A stretch of 64,000 nucleotides of DNA from the human T2T-CHM13v2.0 reference genome, Homo sapiens (GCF_009914755.1 NC_060946.1), one strand, 5' to 3'. Positions 13,201-28,200 are shown, counted from the stretch's first letter. The notes: generated by a model from the letters alone, not told the origin. Translations and numbers: made by a program.

Positions 13201-16200
13201 AAAAAGAGTGTATCAAAACTGCTCTGTCAAAAGGAATGTTCTCCTCTGTTAGTTGAGTACATACGTCATAAAGGAGTTTCTGAGAATGTTTCTGTCTAGT
13301 GGTTATGGGAAGATATTTGCTTTTTCACCTTAGGCCTCAGAGCGCTCCAAATATCCACTTGCACATACTACAAAAAGAGTGCTTCAAAGCTGCTCTCTGA
13401 ACCGCAATGTTCAATTCTATGAGTTGAATGCAAACATCACAAAGACGTTTCTGAGAATGCTTCTGTCTAGATTTGATATGAAGATATTCCCGTTTCCAAC
13501 GAAATCTTCAAATCTATCCAAATGTCCACTTGCAGATTCAACAAAATGAGTTTTTCAGAACTGCTCTATCAAAAGGAAGATCCACCTCTGTTAGCTGAGT
13601 TCACACATCACAAACAAGTTTATGAGAATGCTTCTGTCTAGTTTTTATTTGAAGATATTTCCTTTCTCACCATAGACCGGAAAGCTGTCCTAATGTTCAC
13701 TCCCAGATACTACAGAAAGAGTGTTTCAAAACTGCTGTACGAAAGGGAATGTTCAACTCTGTGACTTGAATGCACACATCACAAAGAAGATTCTGAGGAT
13801 GCTGCTGTCTACTTTTTATACGTAATCCCGTTTCCAACGAAATCCTCCAATCTATCCAAATATCCACTTACAGATTCCACAGAAAGACTGTTTCAAAACT
13901 GCTCTGTCAATAGAAAAGTTCAACTCTGTTAGCTGCGTGCATATATCCCAAAGAAGATTCTGAGATTGCTTCTGTCTAGTTTTTATGGGAAGATATTTCC
14001 CTTTTCACCGTAGGTGTCAAGGACCTCCAAATGTCCACTTCCAGATACTACAAAAAGAGTGTTTCAAACCTACTCTGTGAAAGGGAATATTCAACTCTGT
14101 GACTTGAATGCAGATATCACAAAGAAGTTTCTGAGAATGCTTCTGTCGAGATTTTATATGAAGATATTCCCGTTTCCAACGAAATCCTGAAATCTATCCA
14201 AATATCCCCTCGCAGATTCTACAAAAAGAGTGTTTCAACACTGCTCTGTAAAAAGAAAGGTTCAACTCTGTTAGTTAAGTACACACATCACAAACAAGTT
14301 TCACAGAATGCTTCTTTCTAGCTTGTAGGGGAAGATATTTCCTTTATCACCATGGGCCTCAAACCGTCCGAAACGTCCACTTCCATATACTAAAAAAAGA
14401 GTGTTTCAAACCTGCTCTATGAAAGGCAATGTTCAACTCTGTGACTTGAATGCAGACATCACAGAGCAGTTTCTGAGAATGCTTCTGTCCAGACTTTATA
14501 GGAAGATATTCCCGTTTCCAACGAAATCTTCACAGCTATCCAAATATCCACTTGCAGATAGTACAACAAGAGTGTATCAAAAATGCTCTGTCAAAAGGAA
14601 AGTTCTTCTCTACTAGTTGAGTACATACGTCATAAAGAAGTTTCTGAGAATGTTCCTGTCTAGTGGTTATGGGAAGATATTTGCTTTTTCCCCGTAGGCC
14701 TCAAAGCGCTCCAAATGTCCACTTGCACATACTACAAAAAGAGTGCTTCAAAGCTGCTCTCTGAAAGGGAATGTTCAACTCTATGAGTTGAATGCTAACA
14801 TCACAAAGACGTTTCTGAGAATGCTTCTGTCTAGATTTGATATGAAGATATTCCCGTTTCCAACGAAATCTTCAAATCTATCCAAATGTCCACTTGCAGA
14901 TTCAACAAAGTGTTTTTCAAAACTGCTGTATCAAAAGAAAGATCCACCTCTGTTAGCTGAGTTCACACTTCACAAACAAGTTTATCAGAATTCTTCTGTC
15001 TATTTTTTATTTGAAGATATAGCCTTTCTCACTATAGACATGAAAGCTCTCCTAAAGTTCACTTCCAGATACTTCAGAAAGAGTGTTTCAAAACTGCTGT
15101 ACGAAAGGGAATGTTCAACTCTGTGACTTGAATGCACACATTACAAGGAAGTTTCTGAGGATGCTGCTGTCTAATTTTTATACGTAATCCCGTTTCCAAC
15201 GAAATCCTCCAAGCTATCCAAATATCCACTTGCAGATTCCACAGAAAGACTGTTTCAAAACTGCTCTGTCAATAGAAAGGTTCAACTCTGTTAGCTGCGT
15301 GCATATATCCCAAAGAAGATTCTGAGATTGCTTCTGTCTAGCTTTTATGGGAAGATATTTCCCTTTTCACCGTAGGTGTCAAGGCGCTCCAAATGTCCAC
15401 TTCCAGATACTACAAAAAGAGTGTTTCAAACCTACTCTGTGAAAGGGAATATTCAACTCTGTGACTTGAATGCAGATATCACAATGAAGTTTCTGAGAAT
15501 GCTTCTGTCGAGATTTTATATGAAGATATTTCCGTTTCCAACAAAATCCTGAAATCTATCCAAATATCCCCTCGCAGATTCTACAAAAAGAGTGTTTCAA
15601 AACTGCTCTGTAAAAAGAAAGGTTCAACTCTGTTAGTTGAGTACACACATCACAAACAAGTTTCACAGAATGCTTCTTTCTAGCTTGTAGGGGAAGATAT
15701 TCCCTTTAACACCATGGGCCGCAAACCGTCTGAAACGTCCACTTCCATATACTACAAAAAGAGCGTTTCAAACCTGCTCTATGAAAGGCAATGTTCAACT
15801 CTGTGACTTGAATGCAGACATCACAGAGCAGTTTCTGAGAATGCTTCTGTCTAGATTTTATAGGAAGATATTCCCGTTTCCAACGAAATCTTCACAGCTA
15901 TCCAAATATCCACTTGCAGATTCTACAAAAAGAGTGTATCAAAACTGCTCTGTCAAAAGGAAGGTTCTTCTCTTTTAGGTGAGTGCATAGGTCATAAAGG
16001 AGTTTCTGAGAATGTTTCTGTCTAGTGGTTATGGGAAGATATTTGCTTTTTCACCGTAGGCCTCAGAGCGCTCCAAATATCCACTTGCACATACTACAAA
16101 AAGAGTGTTTCAAAGCTGCTCTCTGAAAGGGAATGTTCAACTCTATGAGTTGAATGCAAACATGACAAAGACGTTTCTGAGAATGCTTCTGTCTAGATTT

Positions 16201-19200
16201 GATATGAAGATATTCCCGTTTCTAACGAAATCTTCAAATCTATCCAAATGTCCACTTGCAGATTCAACAAAGTGTTTTTCAGAACTGCTCTATCAAAAGA
16301 AAGATCCACCTCTGTTAGCTGAGTTCACACTTCACAAACAAGTTTATCAGAATGCTTCTGTCTAGTTTTTATTTGAAGATATATCCTTTCTCACTATAGA
16401 CCTGAAAGCTCTCCTAAAGTTCACTTCCAGATACTACAGAAAGAGTGTTTCGAAACTGCTGTATGAAAGGGAATGTTCAACTCTGTGACTTGAATGCACA
16501 CATCACAAAGAAGTTTCTGAGGATGCTGCTGTCTACTTTTTATACGTAATCCCGTTTCCAACGAAATCCTCCAAGCTATCCAAATATCCACTTGCAGATT
16601 CCACAGAAAGACTGTTTCAAAACTGCTCTGTCAATAGAAAGGTTCAACTCTGTTAGCTGCGTGCATATATGCCAAAGAAGATTCTGAGATTGCTTCTGTC
16701 TAGTTTTTATGGGAAGATATTTCCCTTTTCACCGTAGGCGTCAAGGCGCTCCAAATGTCCACTTCCAGATACTACAAAAAGAGTGTTTCAAACCTACTCT
16801 GTGAAAGGGAATATTCAACTCTGTGACTTGAAGGCAGATATCACAAAGAAGTTTCTGAGAATGCTTCTGTCGAGATTTTATATGAAGATATTCCCGTTTC
16901 CAACGAAATCCTGAAATCTATCCAAATATCCCCTCGCAGATTCTACAAAAAGAGTGTTTCAAAACTGCTCTGTGAAAAGAAAGGTTCAACTCTGTTAGTT
17001 GAGTACACACATCACAAACAAGTTTCACAGAATGCTTCTTTCTAGCTTGTAGGGGAAGATATTCCCTTTATCACCATGGGCCTCAAACCGTCCGAAACGT
17101 CCACTTCCATATACTACAAAAAGAGTGTTTCAAACCTGCTCTATGAAAGGCAATGTTCAACTCTGTGACTTGAATGCAGACATCACAGAGCAGTTTCTGA
17201 GAATGCTTCTGTCTAGATTTTATAGGAAGATATTCCCGTTTCCAACGAAATCTTCACAGGTATCCAAATATCCACTTGCAGATTCTACAAAAAGAGTGTA
17301 TCAAAACTGCTCTGTCAAAAGGAAGGTTCTTCTCTGTTAGGTGAGTGCATACGTCATAAAGGAGTTTCTGAGAATATTTCTGTCTAGTGGTTATGGGAAG
17401 ATATTTGCTTTTTCACCGTAGGCCTCAGAGCGCTCCAAATATCCACTTGCACATACTACAAAAAGAGTGCTTCAAACCTGCTCTCTGAAACGGAATGTTC
17501 AACTCTATGAGTTGAATGCAAACATCACAAAGACGTTTCTGAGAATGCTTCTGTCTAGATTTGATATGAAGATATTCCCGTTTCCAAAGAAATCTTCAAA
17601 TCTATCCAAATGTCCTCTTGCAGATTCAACAAAAAGTGTTTTTCAGAACTGCTCTATCAAAAGAAAGATCCACGTGTGTTAGCTGAGTTCACACATCACG
17701 AACAAGTTTATGAGAATGCTTCTGTCTAGTTTTTATTTGAAGATATTTCCTTTCTCACTATAGACCTGAAAGCTGTCCTAATGTTCACTTCCAGATACTA
17801 CAGAAAGAGTGTTTCAAAACTGCTGTACGAAAGGGAATGTTCAACTCTGTGACTTGAATGCACACATCACAAAGAAGTTTCTGAGGATGCTGCTGTCTAC
17901 TTTTTATACGTAATCCCGTTTCCAACGAAATCCTCCAAGCTATCCAAATATCCACTTGCAGATTCCACAGAAAGACTGTTTCAAAACTGCTCTGTCAATA
18001 GAAAGGTTCAACTCTGTTAGCTGTGTGCATATATCCCAAAGAAAATTCTGAGATTGCTTCTGTCTAGTTTTTATGGGAAGATATTTCCCTTTTCACCGTA
18101 GGCGTCAAGGCGCTCCAAATGTCCACTTCCAGATACTACAAAAAGAGTGTTTCAAACCTACTCTGTGAAAGGGAATATTCAACTCTGTGACTTGAAGGCA
18201 GATATCACAAAGAAGTTTCTGAGAATGCTTCTGTCGAGATTTTATATGAAGATATTCCCGTTTCCAACGAAATCCTGAAATCTATCCAAATATCCCCTCG
18301 CAGATTCTACAAAAAGAGTGTTTCAAAACTGCTCTGTAAAAAGAAAGGTTCAACTCTGTTAGTTGAGTACACACATCACAAACAAGTTTCACAGAATGCT
18401 TCTTTCTAGCTTGTAGGGGAAGATATTCCCTTTATCACCATGGGCCTCAAACCGTCCGAAACGTCCACTTCCATATACTACAAAAAGAGCGTTTCAAACC
18501 TGCTCTATGAAAGGCAATGTTCAACTCTGTGACTTGAATGCAGACATCACAGAGCAGTTTCTGAGAATGCTTCTGTCTAGATTTTATAGGAAGATATTCC
18601 CGTTTCCAACAAAATCTTCACAGCTATCCAAATATCCACTTGCAGATTCTACAAAAAGAGTGTATCAAAACTGCTCTGTCAAAAGGAAGGTTCTTCTCTG
18701 TTAGGTGAGTGCATACGTCATAAAGGAGTTTCTGAGAATGTTTCTGTCTAGTGGTTATGGGAAGATATTTGCTTTTTCACCGTAGGCCTCAGAGCGCTCC
18801 AAATATCCACTTGCACATACTACAAAAAGAGTGTTTCAAAGCTGCTCTCTGAAAGGGAATGTTCAACTCTATGAGTTGAATGCAAACATGACAAAGACGT
18901 TTCTGAGAATGCTTCTGTCTAGATTTGATATGAAGATATTCCCGTTTCCAACGAAATCTTCAAATCTATCCAAATGTCCACTTGCAGATTCAACAAAGTG
19001 TTTTTCAGAACTGCTCTATCAAAAGAAAGATCCACCTCTGTTAGCTGAGATCACACTCCACAAACAAGTTTATCAGAATGCTTCTGTCTAGTTTTTATTT
19101 GAAGATATATCCTTTCTCACTATAGACCTGAAAGCTGTCCTAAAGTTCACTTCCAGATACTACAGAAAGAGTGTTTCAAAACTGCTGTACGAAAGGGAAT

Positions 19201-22200
19201 GTTCAACTCTGTGACTTGAATGCACACATCACAAGGATGTTTCTGAGGATGCTGCTGTCTACTTTTTATACGTAATCCCGTTTCCAACGAAATCCTCCAA
19301 GCTATCCAAATATCCACTTGCAGATTCCACAGAAAGACTGTTTCAAAACTGCTCTGTCAATAGAAAGGTTCAACTCTATTAGCTGCGTACATATATCCCA
19401 AAGAAGATTCTGAGATTGCTTCTGTCTAGTTTTTATGGGAAGATATTTCCCTTTTCACCGTAGGTGTCAAGGCGCTCCAAATGTCCACTTCCAGATACTA
19501 CAAAAAGAGTGTTTCAAACCTACTCTGTGAAAGGGAATATTCAACTCTGTGACTTAAAGGCAGATATCACAAAGAAGTTTCTGAGAATGCTTCTGTCGAG
19601 ATTTTATATGAAGATATTCCCCTTTCCAACGAAATCCTGAAATCTATCCAAATATCCCCTCGCAGATTCTACAAAAAGAGTGTTTCAAAACTGCTCTGTA
19701 AAAAGAAAGGTTCAACTCTGTTAGTTGAGTACACACATCACAAACAAGTTTCACAGAATGCTTCTTTCTAGCTTGTAGGGGAAGATATTCCCTTTATCAC
19801 CATGGGCCTCAAACCGTCCGAAACGTCCACTTCCATATACTACAAAAAGAGTGTTTCAAACCTGCTCTATGAAAGGCAATGTTCAACTCAGTGACTTGAA
19901 TGCAGACATCACAGAGCAGTTTCTGAGAATGCTTCTGTCTAGATTTTATAGGAAGATATTCCCGTTTCCAACGAAATCTTCACAGGTATCCAAATATCCA
20001 CTTGCAGATTCTACAAAAAGAGTGTATCAAAACTGCTCTGTCAAAAGGAAGGTTCTTCTCTGTTAGGTGAGTGCATACGTCATAAAGGAGTTTCTGAGAA
20101 TGTTTCTGTCTAGTGGTTATGGGAAGATATTTGCTTTTTCACCGTAGGCCTCAGAGCGCTCCAAATATCCACTTGCACATACTACAAAAAGAGTGCTTCA
20201 AACCTGCTCTCTGAAACGGAATGTTCAACTCTATGAGTTGAATGCAAACATCACAAAGACGTTTCTGAGAATGCTTCTGTCTAGATTTGATATGAAGATA
20301 TTCCCGTTTCCAACGAAATCTTCAAATCTATCCAAATGTCCTCTTGCAGATTCAACAAAAAGTGTTTTTCAGAACTGCTCTATCAAAAGAAAGATCCACG
20401 TGTGTTAGCTGAGTTCACACATCACGAACAAGTTTATGAGAATGCTTCTGTCTAGTTTTTATTTGAAGATATTTCCTTTCTCACCATAGACCTGAAAGCT
20501 GTCCTAATGTTCACTTCCAGATACTACAGAAAGAGTGTTTCAAAACTGCTGTACGAAAGGGAATGTTCAACTCTGTGACTTGAATGCACACATCACAAAG
20601 AAGTTTCTGAGGATGCTGCTGTCTACTTTTTATACGTAATCCCGTTTCCAAAGAAATCCTCGAAGCTATCCAAATATCCACTTGCAGATTCCACAGAAAG
20701 ACTGTTTCAAAACTGCTCTGTCAATAGAAAGGTTCAACTCTATTAGCTGCGTGCATATATCCCAAAGAAGATTCTGAGATTGCTTCTGTCTAGTTTTTAT
20801 GGGAAGATATTTACCTTTTCACCGTAGGCGCCAAGGCGTTCCAAATGTCCACTTCCAGATACTACAAAAAGAGTGTTTCAAACCTACTCTGTGAAAGGGA
20901 ATATTCAACTCTGTGACTTGAAGGCAGATATCACAAAGAAGTTTCTGAGAATGTTTCTGTCGAGATTTTATATGAAGATATTCCCGTTTCCAACGAAATC
21001 CTGAAATCTATCCAAATATCCCCTCGCAGATTCTACAAAAAGAGTGTTTCAAAAGTGCTCTGTAAAAAGAAAGGTTCAACTCTGTTAGCTGAGTACACAC
21101 ATCACAAACAAGTTTCACAGAATGCTTCTTTCTATCTTGTAGGGGAAGATATTCCCTTTATCACTATGGGCCTCAAACCGTCCGAAACGTCTACTTCCAT
21201 ATACTACAAAAAGAGCGTTTCAAACGTGCTCTATGAAAGGCAATGTTCAACTCTGTGACTTGAATGCAGACATCACAGAGCAGTTTCTGAGAATGCTTCT
21301 GTCTAGATTTTATAGGAAGATATTCCCGTTTCCAACGAAATCTTCACAGCTATCCAAATATCCACTTGCAGATTCTACAAAAAGAGTGTATCAAAACTGC
21401 TCTGTCAAAAGGAAGGTTCTTCTCTTTTAGGTGAGTGCATAGGTCATAAAGGAGTTTCTGAGAATGTTTCTGTCTAGTGGTTATGGGAAGATATTTGCTT
21501 TTTCACCGTAGGCCTCAGAGCGCTCCAAATATCCACTTGCACATACTACAAAAAGAGTGTTTCAAAGCTGCTCTCTGAAAGGGAATGTTCAACTCTATGA
21601 GTTGAATGCAAACATGACAAAGACGTTTCTGAGAATGCTTCTGTCTAGATTTGATATGAAGATATTCCCGTTTCTAACGAAATCTTCAAATCTATCCAAA
21701 TGTCCACTTGCAGATTCAACAAAGTGTTTTTCAGAACTGCTCTATCAAAAGAAAGATCCACCTCTGTTAGCTGAGTTCACACTTCACAAACAAGTTTATC
21801 AGAATGCTTCTGTCTAGTTTTTATTTGAAGATATATCCTTTCTCACTATAGACCTGAAAGCTCTCCTAAAGTTCACTTCCAGATACTACAGAAAGAGTGT
21901 TTCGAAACTGCTGTATGAAAGGGAATGTTCAACTCTGTGACTTGAATGCACACATCACAAAGAAGTTTCTGAGGATGCTGCTGTCTACTTTTTATACGTA
22001 ATCCCGTTTCCAACGAAATCCTCCAAGCTATCCAAATATCCACTTGCAGATTCCACAGAAAGACTGTTTCAAAACTGCTCTGTCAATAGAAAGGTTCAAC
22101 TCTGTTAGCTGCCTGCATATATCCCAAAGAAGATTCTGAGATTGCTTCTGTCTAGTTTTTATGGGAAGATATTTCCCTTTTCACCGTAGGCGTCAAGGCG

Positions 22201-25200
22201 CTCCAAATGTCCACTTCCAGATACTACAAAAAGAGTGTTTCAAACCTACTCTGTGAAAGGGAATATTCAACTCTGTGACTTGAAGGCAGATATCACAAAG
22301 AAGTTTCTGAGAATGCTTCTGTCGAGATTTTATATGAAGATATTCCCGTTTCCAACGAAATCCTGAAATCTATCCAAATATCCCCTCGCAGATTCTACAA
22401 AAAGAGTGTTTCAAAACTGCTCTGTAAAAAGAAAGGTTCAACTCTGTTAGTTGAGTACACACATCACAAACAAGTTTCACAGAATGCTTCTTTCTAGCTT
22501 GTAGGGGAAGATATTCCCTTTATCACCATGGGCCTCAAACCGTCCGAAACGTCCACTTCCATATACTACAAAAAGAGTGTTTCAAACCTGCTCTATGAAA
22601 GGCAATGTTCAACTCTGTGACTTGAATGCAGACATCACAGAGCAGTTTCTGAGAATGCTTCTGTCTAGATTTTATAGGAAGATATTCCCGTTTCCAACGA
22701 AATCTTCACAGCTATCCAAATATCCACTTGCAGATTCTACAAAAGGAGTGTATCAAAACTGCTCTGTCAAAAGGAAGGTTCTTCTCTGTTAGGTGAGTGC
22801 ATACGTCATAAAGGAGTTTCTGAGAATGTTTCTGTCTAGTGGTTATGGGAAGATATTTGCTTTTTCACCGTAGGCCTCAGAGCGCTCCAAATATCCGCTT
22901 GCACATACTACAAACAGAGTGCTTCAAAGCTGCTCTCTGAAACGGAATGTTCAACTCTATGAGTTGAATGCAAACATGACAAAGACGTTTCTGAGAATGC
23001 TTCTGTCTAGATTTGATATGAAGATATTCCCGTTTCAAACGAAATCTTCAAATCTATCCAAATGTCCACTTGCAGATTCAACAAAAATTGTTTTTCAGAA
23101 CTGCTCTATCAAAAGAAAGATCCACGTGTGTTAGCTGAGTTCACACATCACAAACAAGTTTATGAGAATGCTTCTGTCTAGTTTTTATTTGAAGATATTT
23201 CCTTTCTCACCATAGACCTGAAAGCTGTCCTAATGTTCACTTCCAGATACTACAGAAAGAGTGTTTCAAAACTGCTGTACGAAAGGGAATGTTCAACTCT
23301 GTGACTTGAATGCACACATCACAAAGAAGTTTCTGAGGATGCTGCTGTCTACTTTTTATACGTAATCCCGTTTCCAACGAAATCCTCCAAGCTATCCAAA
23401 TATCCACTTGCAGATTCCACAGAAAGACTGTTTCAAAACTGCTCTGTCAATAGAAAGGTTCAACTCTGTTAGCTTCGTGCATATATCCCAAAGAAGATTC
23501 TGAGATTGCTTCTGTCTAGTTTTTATGGGAAGATATTTCCCTTTTCACCATAGGCGTCAAGGCGCTCCAAATGTCCACTTCCAGATACTACAAAAAGAGT
23601 GTTTCAAACCTACTCTGTGAAAGGGAATATTCAACTCTGTGACTTGAATGCAGATATCACAAAGAAGTTTCTGAGAATGCTTCTGTCGAGATTTTATATG
23701 AAGATATTCCCGTTCCAACGAAATCCTGAAATCTATCCAAATATCCCCTCGCAGATTCTACAAAAAGAGTGTTTCAAAACTGCTCTGTAAAAAGAAAGGT
23801 TCAACTCTGTTAGTTGAGTACACACATCACAAACAAGTTTCACAGAATGCTTCTTTCTAGCTTGTAGGGGAAGATATTCCCTTTATCACCATGGGCCTCA
23901 AACCGTCCGAAACGTCCACTTCCATATACTACAAAAAGAACGCTTCAAACCTACTCTATGAAAGACAATGTTCAACTCTGTGACTTGAATGCAGACATCA
24001 CAGAGCAGTTTCTGAGAATGCTTCTGTCTAGATTTTATAGGAAGATATTCCCGTTTCCAACGAAATCTTCACAGCTATCCAAATATCCACTTGCAGATTC
24101 TACAAAAAGAGTGTATCAAAACTGCTCTGTCAAAAGGAAGGTTCTTCTCTGTTAGGTGAGTGCATACGTCATAAAGGAGTTTCTGAGAATGTTTCTGTCT
24201 AGTGGTTATGGGAAGATATTTGCTTTTTCACCGTAGGCCTCAGAGCGCTCCAAATATCCACTTGCACATACTACAAAAAGAGTGTTTCAAAGCTGCTCTC
24301 TGAAAGGGAATGTTCAACTCTATGAGTTGAATGCAAACATGACAAAGACGTTTCTGAGAATGCTTCTGTCTAGATTTGATATGAAGATATTCCCGTTTCC
24401 AACGAAATCTTCAAATCTATCCAAATGTCCACTTGCAGATTCAACAAAGTGTTTTTCAGAACTGCTCTATCAAAAGAAAGATCCACCTCTGTTAGCTGAG
24501 ATCACACTTCACAAACAAGTTTATCAGAATGCTTCTGTCTAGTTTTTATTTGAAGATATATCCTTTCTCACTATAGACCTGAAAGCTGTCCTAAAGTTCA
24601 CTTCCAGATACTACAGAAAGAGTGTTTCGAAACTGCTGTATGAAAGGGAATGTTCAACTCTGTGACTTGAATGCACACATCACAAAGAAGTTTCTGAGGA
24701 TGCTGCTGTCTACTTTTTATACGTAATCCCGTTTCCAACGAAATCCTCCAAGCTATCCAAATATCCACTTGCAGATTCCACAGAAAGACTGTTTCAAAAC
24801 TGCTCTGTCAATAGAAAGGTTCAACTCTGTTAGCTGCGTGCATATATGCCAAAGAAGATTCTGAGATTGCTTCTGTCTAGTTTTTATGGGAAGATATTTC
24901 CCTTTTCACCGTAGGCGTCAAGGCGCTCCAAATGTCCACTTCCAGATACTACAAAAAGAGTGTTTCAAACCTACTCTGTGAAAGGGAATATTCAACTCTG
25001 TGACTTGAAGGCAGATATCACAAAGAAGTTTCTGAGAATGCTTCTGTCGAGATTTTATATGAAGATATTCCCGTTTCCAACGAAATCCTGAAATCTATCC
25101 AAATATCCCCTCGCAGATTCTACAAAAAGAGTGTTTCAAAACTGCTCTGTAAAAAGAAAGGTTCAACTCTCTTAGTTGAGTACACACATCACAAACAAGT

Positions 25201-28200
25201 TTCACAGAATGCTTCTTTCTAGCTTGTAGGGGAAGATATTCCCTTTATCACCATGGGCCTCAAACCGTCCGAAACGTCCACTTCCATATACTACAAAAAG
25301 AGTGTTTCAAACCTGCTCTATGAAAGGCAATGTTCAACTCTGTGACTTGAATGCAGACATCACAGAGCAGTTTCTGAGAATGCTTCTGTCTAGATTTTAT
25401 AGGAAGATATTCCCGTTTCCAACGAAATCTTCACAGCTATCCAAATATCCACTTGCAGATTCTACAAAAGGAGTGTATCAAAACTGCTCTGTCAAAAGGA
25501 AGGTTCTTCTCTGTTAGGTGAGTGCATACGTCATAAAGGAGTTTCTGAGAATGTTTCTGTCTAGTGGTTATGGGAAGATATTTGCTTTTTCACCGTAGGC
25601 CTCAGAGCGCTCCAAATATCCGCTTGCACATACTACAAAAAGAGTGCTTCAAAGCTGCTCTCTGAAACGGAATGTTCAACTCTATGAGTTGAATGCAAAC
25701 ATCACAAAGACGTTTCTGAGAATGCTTCTGTCTAGATTTGATATGAAGATATTCCCGTTTCCAACGAAATCTTCAAATCTATCCAAATGTCCACTTGCAG
25801 ATTCAACAAAAATTGTTTTTCAGAACTGCTCTATCAAAAGAAAGATCCACGTGTGTTAGCTGAGTTCACACATCACAAACAAGTTTATGAGAATGCTTCT
25901 GTCTAGTTTTTATTTGAAGATATTTCCTTTCTCACCATAGACCTGAAAGCTGTCCTAATGTTCACTTCCAGATACTACAGAAAGAGTGTTTCAAAACTGC
26001 TGTACGAAAGGGAATGTTCAACTCTGTGACTTGAATGCACACATCACAAAGAAGTTTCTGAGGATGCTGCTGTCTACTTTTTATACGTAATCCCGTTTCC
26101 AACGAAATCCTCCAAGCTATCCAAATATCCACTTGCAGATTCCACAGAAAGACTGTTTCAAAACTGCTCTGTCAATAGAAAGGTTCAACTCTGTTAGCTG
26201 CGTGCATATATCCCAAAGAAGATTCTGAGATTGCTTCTGTCTAGTTTTTATGGGAAGATATTTCCCTTTTCACCGTAGGCGCCAAGGCGTTCCAAATGTC
26301 CACTTCCAGATACTACAAAAAGAGTGTTTCAAACCTACTCTGTGAAAGGGAATATTCAACTCTGTGACTTGAAGGCAGATATCACAAAGAAGTTTCTGAG
26401 AATGCTTCTGTCGAGATTTTATATGAAGATATTCCCGTTTCCAACGAAATCCTGAAATCTATCCAAATATCCCCTCGCAGATTCTACAAAAAGAGTGTTT
26501 CAAAAGTGCTCTGTAAAAAGAAAGGTTCAACTCTGTTAGTTGAGAACACACATCACAAACATGTTTCACAGAATGCTTCTTTCTATCTTGTAGGGGAAGA
26601 TATTCCCTTTATCACTATGGGCCTCAAACCGTCCGAAACGTCTACTTCCATATACTACAAAAAGAGCGTTTCAAACGTGCTCTATGAAAGGCAATGTTCA
26701 ACTCTGTGACTTGAATGCAGACATCACAGAGCAGTTTCTGAGAATGCTTCTGTCTAGATTTTATAGGAAGATATTCCCGTTTCCAACGAAATCTTCACAG
26801 CTATCCAAATATGCACTTGCAGATTCTACAAAAAGAGTGTATCAAAACTGCTCTGTCAAAAGGAAGGTTCTTCTGTTTTAGGTGAGTGCATAGGTCATAA
26901 AGTAGTTTCTGAGAATGTTTCTGTCTAGTGGTTATGGGAAGATATTTGCTTTTTCACCGTAGGCCTCAGAGCGCTCCAAATATCCACTTGCACATACTAC
27001 AAAAAGAGTGTTTCAAAGCTGCTCTCTGAAAGGGAATGTTCAACTCTATGAGTTGAATGCAAACATGACAAAGACGTTTCTGAGAATGCTTCTGTCTAGA
27101 TTTGATATGAAGATATTCCCGTTTCTAACGAAATCTTCAAATCTATCCAAATGTCCACTTGCAGATTCAACAAAGTGTTTTTCAGAACTGCTCTATCAAA
27201 AGAAAGATCCACCTCTGTTAGCTGAGTTCACACTTCACAAACAAGTTTATCAGAATGCTTCTGTCTAGTTTTTATTTGAAGATATATCCTTTCTCACTAT
27301 AGACCTGAAAGCTCTCCTAAAGTTCACTTCCAGATACTACAGAAAGAGTGTTTCGAAACTGCTGTATGAAAGGGAATGTTCAACTCTGTGACTTGAATGC
27401 ACACATCACAAAGAAGTTTCTGAGGATGCTGCTGTCTACTTTTTATACGTAATCCCGTTTCCAACGAAATCCTCCAAGCTATCCAAATATCCACTTGCAG
27501 ATTCCACAGAAAGACTGTTTCAAAACTGCTCTGTCAATAGAAAGGTTCAACTCTGTTAGCTGCGTGCATATATGCCAAAGAAGATTCTGAGATTGCTTCT
27601 GTCTAGTTTTTATGGGAAGATATTTCCCTTTTCACCGTAGGCGTCAAGGCGCTCCAAATGTCCACTTCCAGATACTACAAAAAGAGTGTTTCAAACCTAC
27701 TCTGTGAAAGGGAATATTCAACTCTGTGACTTGAAGGCAGATATCACAAAGAAGTTTCTGAGAATGCTTCTGTCGAGATTTTATATGAAGATATTCCCGT
27801 TTCCAACGAAATCCTGAAATCTATCCAAATATCCCCTCGCAGATTCTACAAAAAGAGTGTTTCAAAACTGCTCTGTAAAAAGAAAGGTTCAACTCTGTTA
27901 GTTGAGTACACACATCACAAACAAGTTTCACAGAATGCTTCTTTCTAGCTTGTAGGGGAAGATATTCCCTTTATCACCATGGGCCTCAAACCGTCCGAAA
28001 CGTCCACTTCCATATACTACACAAAGAGCGTTTCAAACCTGCTCTAGGAAAGGCAATGTTCAACTCTGTGACTTGAATGCAGACATCACAGAGCAGTTTC
28101 TGAGAATGCTTCTGTCTAGATTTTATAGGAAGATATTCCCGTTTCCAACGAAATCTTCACAGCTATCCAAATATCCACTTGCAGATTCTACAAAAAGAGT

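Larger units (their letters stand above)
1..15800. repeat. Left copy (partial, probably extends beyond the window start) of a large intra-array duplication
   Basis: Rare variants recur at +31346 for about 1-3700 (GGCGTCAGAGCTC, AACGTAATCC, AACACTG; ORFs 772/32118, 2441/33787) and at +34072 for about 3700-15800 (ORFs 3839/37911, 10971/45043, 11603/45675; GGCCGCAAACC 15721/49793). Confidence 0.93.
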
